A stretch of 50,470 nt of DNA, filler included, from Bipalium vagum (GCA_037834085.1; 3 parts of 3 records of this genome joined end to end with filler, not necessarily neighbours in it); one strand, 5' to 3'. Numbered from the whole stretch's first letter, positions 24,810 to 35,779 are shown. The notes: a model not told the origin generated them from the letters alone. Numbers and translations are program-made.

Positions 24810-25145
24810 TTTAGAAAAAATGTGGAATTTTCCGTTTTTTACCCTGCAGGAATGGAAAAGTCCCACTAAATCATTTTTTAGTTGTTGGATTTTATTTTTT
24901 ATTATCTAAATATTCACACTCCATTTAAGAGAAAATTTGATTTTTATTAAGAGACTCTGTCTCTCAAGAAGCGAGTTTTCAGTTCTTGCACTTTCAGTGC
25001 GCGAAGCTTTGTATTTTTTTTTACTTATTTATTTTTTATTAATTTTTTAAACATTTTTGAATTTTTTATTTTTTAATCATTAAAAAGAGTAGTATGTAAT
25101 TTTATTCTTTTTCTTCTTATTATTATTATTCTTATTATTTTTTTT

Positions 25146-25258
25146 ATATCTCCAGCATATCCCGCCAAAAATATTTTTTTGAATAATCGTGTGCACACGC
25201 ACACGTGAATGAAAAAAAATTTTTTTGAGGCGCGGGATATGCTGGAGATATTACTACT
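25146..25258. repeat. Maverick terminus with subterminal palindrome (perfect 20-bp arms) and terminal AGTAGT
   Basis: ATATCTCCAGCATATCCCGC (25146-25165) / GCGGGATATGCTGGAGATAT (25232-25251), then TACTACT ending at 25258. Confidence 0.85.
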
Positions 25259-25912
25259 ATTGTTTTCTGTTATTATTTTGATCAATTTGATCAACGATCA
25301 ATTTTATGGAGATTATTTTGATTCAATAGCGCGATTTTACAGTAAAGTCTTCGTGGTTATTTTGATCCAACTGAGGATGAATTTTCGAGGTTATATAGAT
25401 TTAATGGATATGATATCAAAAAAGTGAGGAGTTAGGAAAGTTCAAGCTTAAAGTTACATATTCCATTGAATCCATAAAAAATTTATAATTTATTTTATTT
25501 TTGAGATTAATCAATTATTTTAAAAAAATTTTTCAACTGTTAATTTACGATTATGTTCAATTCATTAGTTTACAATTTATAAAATTTAGTTTTTAATTTT
25601 AATTTAATCTTTACAATTAATATTTTTGCATATTCTGGTTTATTAATCCAATTTGTTATTTTCATTTTAGTTTGAAAAAATGATATATCTTTAGTGTTTT
25701 CTCAAATTTCACAAGAACATCCAGATTTTCCTTTTCCAAAAAATGTGATTTCGAAGCTTTATTAATATTTTTTAATATTCATACTTGAGTAAGTCATTTA
25801 AATCATAAAATAAAATATATTCAGATGAAACTTTAACCTTAGTGATCAATTATATTCTGTACCAGTATGAAATTAATAAAATATGTTTGTAGAACTGTTT
25901 TGATCAAAATAT

Positions 25913-28900
25913 CTATTCAGGTGGTTCGACACAGACTTTTATTGCCAAATGTTTTGATGGGATCGATAATAACACTCTAAAAATATATATTATTCATATA
26001 TTGTTACACAATATTTTTATTGCTAATTTAATCGAGATTTTAAATAATAAACCTCCAAAATTCATTACAAGACCTAGTTTTATTAATTTTTTGATAAGTG
26101 AAGTAGAGGAGAAATTTACTAAAAATAAAAATGATTATATATATGATCAAATGTGTTCTTTACCCTACAAATAAAACGAGTTTTGATAAAATTATAAAAT
26201 TAATAACTCTTTAATATTTAGCTTCATTAACCATGAATATTTTCAAGTACTTCAGGCAAATTTCAGGAGATAATGACGAAGGTTGTCGGTTGTATAAAAG
26301 GAGTAATGGTCTATCTGGACGACTTATTAGTGTTTACGGGAACTGAAAGTGAGCATTATAAGGTTCTGAACGAAGTACTAAGAAGAGTGCGGGAAGCTGG
26401 ACTAAGGATAAATACAGAAAAGTGTCACTTGCTGAAAGAGGAAATTAAGTTCTTGTGTCATGTGGTGAGTAGAAAGGGGTTAGAGACAGACCCTTCAAAG
26501 TTGGAGGCGATTAAAATTTCGAAAGGCCAAAATGTGCAAAAGGATTGAGAAGCTTTTAGGGATCTGTAACTATTATAGAAGATTTATAAAAGAATACTCG
26601 AAAAGATCTAGGCCCTTGCAGAGAGTGTGTGGAAAGAGTAAGAAAAATTAATATGGACACTTGAGATGGAAGAAGCGTTCAAGGAGATGAAAAAAGCATT
26701 AACATCAAGTCCCGTTATTAAGAAGGAATTTATTCTAGATACAGATGCAAGTTTTGATTCAATAGAAGCAGTTCTATCTCAACTGGACGAAAATGAAAAA
26801 GAACGAGTGATAGCATACGGCTCTCACGCCATGAGCAGCCATGAAATTGGTTACTGCATTACTTAAAAGGAATTACTGCTCATTTGTTACTTTTGAAATC
26901 ACTTTTAACATTATTTATACTGAAGGAGGTTCAGGCTGAGAACGGAACATAAAGCAATCAACTTCATGATGAGTACTAAGAAGCCGATCACGTCGCAATT
27001 CCAAACGAGGATTAATTACTTGAGCAGTCTTGACATTAAGTTCGAATACAGGAAGGGTTCGATACATACGAACGCATATTTGTTATCTAAACCAAGATGC
27101 GAAACATGTAGTCACTGCCAATTAGTGCATGAGGAGGCGAAGAAGGGAAAGATGAAATTCAGGATGTTGGATGCAATAAGCACAGAAGACATTAAAGATG
27201 CAGAAAAGAACTTGATATGACATGTTCGTACATTGTTGACTCATGTAGATACTGAGAAGGTCGTGGAATATATGAAGGGGAAACATGATATAAAGGGTTT
27301 GTGAAGTAAAGTACGGAGGGTATTGTCAGGGTACTAAGCGTTTCAGAAGCATAAAGTGGTTATATCAGCAACAAAAGAGGCCACAGTGAAATTGTAAGCA
27401 TCTGAAATGTTTGAGAACATTTATGTCGACATCTGCGGTCCGTTAACGGAAACCAGGAGGAAGAAAAAGTACATCCTAGGCATAATAGATCAATACAGGA
27501 AATAGATCTGTTTAACTGCGGTAGCAAGGCAGGACGAAGAGACAATTATAGAGAAATAAAAAAAGTTTGGTTTTCAAGTCACAAGACTATCAATGTGGAT
27601 GGCGCAAAAACATTTGAGTCAAAGAAGATGGCAGAGTTCGCGAAAAGTAAAATTCAGAACTACGGTTCTCAAGTCAATACCACCATAACACTAATGGCCA
27701 GATCGAACGGCAATTTAGAACTATTAGGGAGAGACTAAATGCAGCTAAAGCAGAACAAAGAAGGAAGGATTGGGTGGAACTATTGTCAGAAGTTGAGTTT
27801 TCATTTAATGCAACAACGCAGAAGACGACAGGATGGAAATTATATTTGGCAGGGGCATAGACCGAGAAAGAGGGTATCCGTCGAGAAAGAAAGTGGATAT
27901 AACGGAAGTGGAATAGATGACGAAAAAGATTTTTGAAGTTGGTGAAAAAGTCCTGGTCAAAGTGGAAACGAGGAACAAGGACCAGCAAAGACACGAAGGT
28001 CATTATTGAATCCAAAGAAAGATACATGGAAGACGGTATTTGATAGAACACGCAGATGGAAGAATTCTGGAGAGGAACGATGAGAAGTTAAAAAATTATT
28101 GAGAAGGGGATATAAGGAGTGATTAGAACAATTAGTTTGCTTGAATTTTTTTAAATAAGGACCTCACACCTAAATTAACAATTATTAAATGTTTTTAATT
28201 TAAAGTTTTTAAAAATTAAATTACGTTTTTAAAGATATTTAATGAAATATTTTAAATAAATATTAATAAATTTTAAAAAGGTAAATAATTTAATTTTAAA
28301 AAATGGTGAAATTCAAGTTTGAAAAGTTTGTTTGAGTAATCGGATTTATTGAAATATCTTATCATTGCTTTGATTTTGAATTATTATTTAAAATGACTAC
28401 ACAAGAATATAACTAATGTTATAAAAAAATTGATCAATTAAACAAAAACACTATATAATTCATCATTCTGACTAAAACTAAAAAAATTTTTTTATAATCA
28501 CTTTGAACCGGGTTTTTAAAATTGTGCAAAAAATTAATAATATATAAAGTTAAATAAAAAATATAAATTTAAGAAAAAAAAATTTAACAAATAAAATTAC
28601 TTGATTCCTGATCTAACTCGATAAAAGCTCGATGCTTGTAGGTTGATAATTTGAGAGTCAACAGTCAATGTCGCGTTTCCTTTCTGGAAATTTTTAATAT
28701 AATATAAATTTAATAATATAATATATAATAAAAAACTGAATATTTATTAAAGTTTGGTTTATTGTTTTACCAAAATGTATTGGTTATCAAATTAATTTTT
28801 AAAAATTTTCACATAAAAATCAATTAAGTTTGTAATAGATTGTAATTAAAATTCGACATTCGAATTATAAATATAAAGTATTGATCTTCATAATTAATGA

Positions 28901-31900
28901 ATAAATATTTTTTCACATTTTTTTATATTTTCTAACATTTCGTAAGATTGATTCACCTAAAAATGTTCTAATTCTCCATAATTTATTTTTAAATATATAG
29001 TACATTTTAACTAACGTGGCTGTTAAAGTATAGTAATATATTCAAGTAGAATTTTTAAGTTTTTAAAAACCGTAAAAAAATAAAGTTTTAAAGTTAATTA
29101 ATTTTCAATTAAATAAAATATAAATAAAAAATAATATTTTTTTGAAAATATAATTTTAAAATCGTTGTTTAAATTTATTTGTATTGTTTTAATTTTGAGA
29201 TTTTTTGGTTAATAATTTTAGATATGTGGCTTGATACATAGCAGGTTAACAGCAAAACCAGATGCTTAAAATCGAAAACATCAACAGATGCTTTTTATTG
29301 AGATTAATGTCGATAAAATCTAAGCAAATTTTATGAAGTGTGAGACTATTTGCCAGTCTTACCTGCGTTTAATTATTAAGTTTATAAGTATGACTCTGAT
29401 CTTAGGATATATTTTAGATTGACAGTGAGGACCTTTGTCCATCTTTCAAACAACAAGTTGATTTGAAGAAAGTAAAACAGGTTCCTTAAAACAATCCATC
29501 CATCAATCCAATTGTGAAGTTCTTCACCGGAACTGAACCATTTATCGGAAAGTTCTGATTGCAGCGAGTGGACCATATGGAAATCCAAAAGATTGATATC
29601 TGATGATGTAAAAAATCTCACCTTGTACCTTCTAAGTAATTCTGAACAACTGAATGAAAATTTTGTCTCGTGTTATGTTACTAAATTATTTTTTCATGTT
29701 TGTCCACATATTTTGGTCTTCTCGGTCAGGGGTTGCTTCAAAAAAATTAATCGGCATCGAAAATGTTTAGCAATTATGGTTTCTGGTGGTTTTTTTATCT
29801 TATAATAAATTAAACCTTTTTTATTCCTTCAGATGTATAGCATAATTTTAGTTTAATGGACATTTTGTTTGGCTGTTGATGCACCGGCTTCATCCAAGTA
29901 TATTTGGTTTTAGGATTGTCACAATGAATCAATTTTTGTCTTTAAGAATCTTATGTAAAATCCTTTTTGTCTCTGAGGAAAGACATCACAAATTATATTT
30001 CGTTTTTCAATGTCTTTCCCCGCCAACTTAAATGGGACCCATTTCCATAATTTAAATAAAATATTTTTAAACAAAGTCATGTGTGAATAACTGTTTAATG
30101 ATGTTTAGATTACAAATAAATATAATAATTTAATTTTTTAAAAGAAATTTTAACATATTTTGTAAAATCCTGAGTTATACTTACACACCTAATATAAGGA
30201 CGTCGATATAAATTCGGGAAATTCATAATCTTAATAAAAGATGTAAATAGACAATATAAATCTATAGGTAATAATCGAGAAGACTGCACTTAGAGATCGA
30301 AGGTGGTCATAAATCAGGTTACCAATGATAGGGATGATTTCCGTAAAGCAATGATTGTGTTTTCCTAGCTTTATTGGCAGGAGCAGTCTTCTTGGAAGTT
30401 TTACTTTCCCACGGAATTTTTCATCAATCCACGGTTTTTACAACCACGTCACAACACATAAAAATGTAAGTATTCACCTTGAGATCACGTGGCATTATTT
30501 GGCCTTCATTGCCTACCACATCTTAGAACTTAAGGAAGTTGGAACTTCAGAAACACGTTTGCAGATCAAATAGTAATTCTAGCAATTAACTTTTCTGGCC
30601 TGGATGAAAATCTTTTCGTCAGAAGAATCTGAGGAAACCAGTGCTCTCGCACTTCAAATCATTCACCAAGACGGAGACTTTTATTTTTCTTTTGAATTTA
30701 CTTCTCTGTCAACGCACGTTGGATTTGTAAAATGTCATCAGTTATGGCTACTCTCACAGTTGACTTGTTCACACTCATCTCCTTTACCAGATCGCTCATT
30801 TAACACCATCTTCATCTATTTTAACTTTGAAATTAATCAAGAATTCCTTATTTCGTTTGAGGTCAGATAGTTAATTGGGAATTTTTTTTGAATTTAAATA
30901 TATGTCCTTTGTTTTGGCATAAATTTTTACCAACTCACAAACTTGGGTCTTGTTGCATCAAAACCATCTAAGTATTTCTTTTGGTTTTTTCCAGTGCGAA
31001 GTAATTCCAACACCAGCGCTTTTCGGTCATATTCTGAATCTGTAACGAATTTTAAATAATTCAAAATTGATTAATTAGCTTACTTAAACAAAAAAATTTA
31101 ATGATTACTCAAAGAATTTTCTTTTAATTTTGAAAATGTTCCCGATTTATCTCGACGCCCATGTACATGCAGTATTTCAAAAAAAGCTTTTCACTTTAAG
31201 CCAATAAAATTTTTATTTACCAAAGTATTATTTATTTTTATTGAATAAAGAATAATGTCAAATATTAAGTATATAAATGATTTCTGTAGCCATTCTTTTC
31301 CAGATTGTGTTTTTGTTTCAGTATAATAATGATATGTGATCTATTTATATTTTTATGTCATAAAATTATTTTTTTCTGTAATAAAAAATTAATGTATCCA
31401 AATTTTATATATAAAAGATAATTATTTTTAATTTTACCACGATTTAAAAAGTGAAAGATTAAATTTAAAGAATAGGAAATTTGGTTATATACTTTATTTA
31501 AAAATATATTAACTTACATACATCCAAATTATTGTATCATAGTTGTTGATAATGTCAAATTTTCCGTTACTAAGAATCTGAACCTAAACGAAATTAATTT
31601 TTATTAAAAATAAAATAAATTAAATTAAATTAATAGAGTAGTCAAAAAGTTTCAGTAACTTTTAGAGAAATATTCATACTGAATACAAAATTATTTGAAT
31701 GAGTTTTATTCATCGAAATACAATCCTTCATGCTCAATTGTCTTCAACAATTTTTCAGTAAGCCGTATGAGACAATTTTGATATCAGATCGTATCTTTGG
31801 ATGCAAAGAGTTTGCGATATACTATTCAATATGATTGAAATTTAAAAATTTCCTTCATTTCATAAATGTGGACATTGACCACAATAGTTTGAAATCTGGT

Positions 31901-33556
31901 GGAGCTAGATCTGGATTATATGTTGGATGCTATAAGATTTCAATATCTAGATAGTTAATTATTGTTTTAGATACAATACCCATATGCGTCTAGCATCATC
32001 TTGATAAAGAGTGACTCTAGGAATTATTTAATCAAATTTATTCCTCTAAAAATATTATAAATCAAAGGTTTTTAAATTATCAGACAACGAAGCCCTTTAA
32101 ATTCTTTTACAAACACTAATTACTCAAAATATAACACACACTGAAAAAAATTATATACGCTAATTATCGGATTTTCATATTTCCAAAGATTAAATTTTTT
32201 TAATTAATATTAAAAAGAATTCTATATGATCCTAAAGTTCTTTTTATTTAAATTCTGGCTTTATCAAAGATACAAAATTTTTCGAGAAACCCAACAAATT
32301 TTCAGAGAACCATTGGGTTCAACGGAAACATCATTGTGAATTTCTGCTCTAAATCCAAATTTCAAGAAAAGAACTAATGAGAGCTTTGATTTTCAGTGAT
32401 GATTAATGGTGAAATCTATCAAATTAACATTTTAGTTTTGATTATTATTGTTAATTGAAAATTAATTGGAGATACCGGGATTCGAACTCAGGAACTTTCA
32501 CGTGCACATGGACTGCTCTGATCGCTGAGCTACACCCTTAAATTTTCAATTTATCTAACATTTCCATCCTTTAAATCTTTTATACAGACCCTTAACTCCC
32601 CGAGTCTCTAACTTCCAATTCTTTTCCTTTCCTTTGCTTTTCCACTTTCGAGACCTCGTCCGCTGGTTGGTGTTCTGATGAGGTCGTCATGTTAATTGTA
32701 GTTAAGAAGTACGTGAAAAGAATCAATTATATAAAAAAGTATAATAAAATTAGTAGAGGTTTCAACAACTGAGAAATGTTTCACAAAATTGGGAACAATG
32801 TCTACTAAGTTTTAACAGAAGAAAATTGACATTATTAAAATTTTTAGTCATTTATTGAATCTACAAGTCCACAAAATATAATGAAAAATGACAAAAATCT
32901 CTTTTTTCGAAATTGAAAAATCAGAAACTAAAATGTTTTATTTTATTTTTCAAATTTCTTTTAAATAAAAAGAAAAAAAGATCCTGGATTTCGTCAGTAT
33001 GTATTAACAAAATCGGTAAAACTTTTTAATAATTACTTATAGAAAAATCGAAACCGGAACTATTAGCAATTCCTAAAAGTGAATATAAAAAATGTTTCCT
33101 GTCATGGTAGAAGTGATGGCACAAGTGCATAGATGCGGAAGGAGACTATTTTGAAAAATACTAAAAATAAATTTATTTTTTGTGTATATTATATACTTTA
33201 TAGCTCCATTCCGGGAATGTATTGAACGCACTTTGTATATTAATAAATTTTTTTTTATTTTAAAAAATTAAAGCGATACTTTTGATCGATACTCGTTAGG
33301 ATAAACGCTGACACATCCTTCAGATTCAATTAGGGTTTCGTTTTGCTTAATAAAATCTTCTATGGGTATCGGAAAAATCAAATTTAAGTTACACCTCGGC
33401 TTTATTGGCGGTTCTTTTCTATTTTCTAACTTTGTTAAATCGTTTCTTTCTGCATTTTTCCTTGCTTCAGTGGCAAGCTCACTGAGTTGAACTTCCAAAC
33501 TTTCTATATGAGAGTAAATCTCATATTTGATATTTGTAGTAGGTTCGTCGAAGTAT
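25913..33556 (-). CDS. Last four coding exons (33556-33280, 31583-31518, 28683-28601, 25976-25913) of a host gene with a coiled coil, a Pro-rich motif and a divergent C-terminal SH3-like domain
   Basis: All exons are AG/GT-bounded and phase-consistent (0, 0, 2), ending in TAG: ...EPPIKPR...FDIINNYDTIIWMYKGNATLTVDSQIINLQASSFYRVRSGIKVLLSIPSKHLAIKVCVEPPE*. The SH3 call is inferred from the YD..KG..LTV..[FW][YW]RVR..IPS pattern. Confidence 0.7.
26250..28110 (+). mobile_element. 5'-truncated Ty3/gypsy LTR retrotransposon pol relic (RT-RNaseH-integrase), intronic and antisense to the host gene
   Basis: VYLDDLLV (RT); FILDTDAS..AVLSQ...VIAYGS (RNase H); EYRKGSIHTNA; GPL...KYILGIIDQY and YHHNTNGQIERQFRTI (integrase); polypurine tract gagaagggga at 28101-28110. 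Confidence 0.92.
28111..28403 (+). repeat. Probable 3' LTR of the gypsy element (right boundary uncertain)
   Basis: Begins immediately after the PPT (tataagg, possibly a mutated tgtaagg); candidate ...ctacaca end. Confidence 0.4.
29376..30192 (-). mobile_element. Internally deleted mariner with both TIRs
   Basis: TA|ttaagtttataagtatgactc and TA|ttaggtgtgtaagtataactc inverted pair; ORF 29382..29621 contains SSDINLLDFHMVHSLQ...LHNWIDGWI...ERWTKV. Confidence 0.8.
30195..31163 (-). mobile_element. Degenerate maT/DD37D-like Tc1/mariner element with both TIRs
   Basis: TIRs taaggacgtcgatataaattcgggaa / catgggcgtcgagataaatcgggaa; motifs RKALVLELLRTGK, SDEKIF.Q..KVN, VVGNEGQIMP, VVKPWID, APANKARKTQ. 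Confidence 0.75.
31633..32050 (-). mobile_element. 3' mariner relic
   Basis: HPTYNPDLAPPDFKLL at ~31882-31929 (YSPDLAP motif). Confidence 0.7.
32467..32539 (-). tRNA. tRNA-Ala(TGC)-like pseudogene or SINE head
   Basis: agggtgTAGCTCAGcgatcAGAGcagtccatgTGCacgtgaaagttcctgaGTTCGAATCccggtatctccA: A and B boxes present, but acceptor and anticodon stems are mismatched. Confidence 0.6.
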
Positions 33557-33634
33557 CTTAATAAAATATGTTTTTCAATTTAAACATTTTCTATTACAAT
33601 AAATTAATTTAAATTACAAGGATTTGAGAATGAA

Positions 33635-33636
<2 letters not shown>

Positions 33637-33705
<69 letters not shown>

Positions 33706-33805
33706 NNNNNNNNNNNNNNNNNNNNNNNNNNNNNNNNNNNNNNNNNNNNTTAATTAATTAANNNNNNNNNNNNNNNNNNNNNNNNNNNNNNNNNNNNNNN
33801 NNNNN

Positions 33806-33876
<71 letters not shown>
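33637..33876. repeat. (TTA)n and (TAA)n microsatellites flanking the second gap
   Basis: Read directly from the sequence. Confidence 0.95.
33706..33805. other. Assembly gap spacer N44-TTAATTAATTAA-N44
   Basis: Same artificial linker as 16992-17091. Confidence 0.97.
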
Positions 33877-33877
<1 letters not shown>

Positions 33878-34269
33878 CAGTATCATTAACTGATTAAAAA
33901 TGAATGTGAAAAAAATCTTTTAACAATTTTACCGAATATTCAAAATTCTGGACAAAAATATATTATAAAATTAAACAAGACCAAAAAAGATTTGATTTTA
34001 AAAAAGTAAAATATTTTGAAAAAACAAATTTCATCTGTCATTGTATTATGTGACCTGGAAGCTATTAGATCAATGGTTTACAGTTAAACATGAAAGCGTA
34101 TGAAATGACAAAAGGTCCTTTGGGAATTAATATGTATAACTAAAGTATAGAGAGAACAATATTTTGATCCTGTTTGGGAATGTTTCATTTTTTTAAAATT
34201 TATTATTGATTTGTGTTGAACAGAAATTTCTTTCAGATTTTTCCATTTAAATTAATTTTAATGATGTAC

Positions 34270-35100
34270 AGCCAAATCAACATCAGAGATGTTAAAAATT
34301 TGTAAAGCACATGTGGTTACTGGTGTGGAGAAAGTGGGATTTACTGTTCTGATGATAATTTAGTACTTGGGTTGATTGGATTGAAAAGGTATAATTTACT
34401 ATTAGTTTCTGCTTCCAAATAAAACATTAATGTATTTTATGTTCCTTGTCTATCAACAAAATGAGCAATGTATTGAATAAAATGCGTTCGGGAATATATG
34501 AGTGTGCTTCAATGAGCAGAATGTTGAGGTGAGATTCTGACACAACATATAAAACATGTACATTCTGCTGATATAGTTCTTCTAGATTAGTATTTATTGG
34601 TTCTTGTAAAATTTTCTGTGACAAAGAATTCAGTCTTTAGAAGATATTCAAAATAATCTTATCTAATAGCCAATAGAATCTCTTTCTGATTTATTTTTCT
34701 TTATAACCACTTTATGCTTCCAGAAACTTTATCCATCAATTTAGAGATTATTTCTGAAGAAAAGCACATCTTTTCATATAAAAAAGCTTGTACTGCATTA
34801 TTTTTCTATTCTATTTTTTGTCCTTGTAATTTTTTTTAAAGTAACTAAACAGGAATAACTCTATGAGACAAATACGATAGTTGTGAAATCAACACGAAGC
34901 TTTTCAGCGATTGTTCGGTGATATAAGTGACCTAGAATGTTGTCATGCAAAGCATTCTATTAATTCGTTAGCTTCGTTGTAACTTTCGAATATCACTAAC
35001 AGGTGCCCAGTAGTAAAGTTAGTTTAGTTCAAGTCGACCTGATTGTATATTTTTCCAGAAAACACCGTAGTTACTGTACTTAAACGGTTATTATTTAAAA
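34270..35100 (-). mobile_element. Highly decayed LTR-retrotransposon integrase relic
   Basis: ALHDNILGHLYHRTIAEKLR and IRKRFYW (integrase Zn-binding-like); SAH*STLIYS (end of core domain). Confidence 0.45.
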
Positions 35101-35779
35101 CAGATCCAATAATATTTGCTTATTTGTGGAAAATCTCACAGAACTTTTAATTTTATTTCTGTAGAGTCTAAGGACATTTTATTCACATTGAGTATTTACT
35201 TGTTATCTTTTCATAGTACATTGATTTTTTAATTCAATAAGTTTTAACATGTTACTTATATTTATTTATAATATTAATATATTATATTATTATTAATAAA
35301 ACCTGCTGGTTTCAGTCAATATTTGTTTCGTGACGAACATTTCATCATTGAATGAAATTTTCCTGGTTTCTGCGTTAACATTAATCATTGATATTGTTTC
35401 TCTTACTTATATAGACAGAGTTGTTTAGGAAGGTCTATTAAGAGATTATTTTTCAAAAGGAAATTTATTAGTGGGAAATATTTCAAGGATAAAAATTTTA
35501 ACATGATAACATCGATCTCAGTGTAGAGCGCGATCATTAACTTTATATACAAGACAGTTTGAAAATTTTCTCTAAAAATGTTAAAATGAAATTTTTTTTT
35601 AGGTTAAAGAACAATTTTTTTAAAATTTGTTTTAAAATACATTCAGACCTCTTCATAAGTGACAGGCTGGAAAATCCAAAATGTGTCTGTTATAAAGAGG
35701 GTTTCTTAAAACAGGGGAATTGGATTACACAACATACATCAATTGTGTAATCAATTAAAAAAAATCAATAAAATTACAT

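Larger units (their letters stand above)
17092..25258. mobile_element. Decayed endogenous Maverick/Polinton (adintovirus-like) element, right-hand part; left part lost in the gap
   Basis: Intronless cluster of pPolB, major capsid, A32 ATPase and minor capsid genes. Ends in ...ACTACT (5'-AGTAGT on the minus strand), a typical Polinton terminus. Many stops and frameshifts. Confidence 0.9.

Noticed and set aside
25073-25427. Overlapping ORFs 25073..25294 (-) and 25209..25427 (+)
   Set aside because: They run across the terminal palindrome and the element boundary; low complexity with no recognisable motifs.
25300-25450. Possible PIF/Harbinger transposase N-terminal fragment (DPTEDEFSRLYRFN)
   Set aside because: Too short and no catalytic motif to support a call.
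16776-28601. Splicing the 28.6-33.5 kb exons onto the giant exon to make a plakin-type SH3 plus rod protein, with the Maverick in its intron
   Set aside because: The 28601 donor is phase 2 while the giant exon needs phase 1. The phase-compatible exon at 25976 ends in a stop, and a gap intervenes.
32270-32350. Possible hAT/Buster-like 3' end (gggttcaacggaaaca...tgtgaatttctgctcta)
   Set aside because: Only a weak resemblance, and no matching other end was found.
32467-32539. Functional tRNA-Ala gene
   Set aside because: The acceptor and anticodon stems do not pair properly; kept only as a pseudogene or SINE head.
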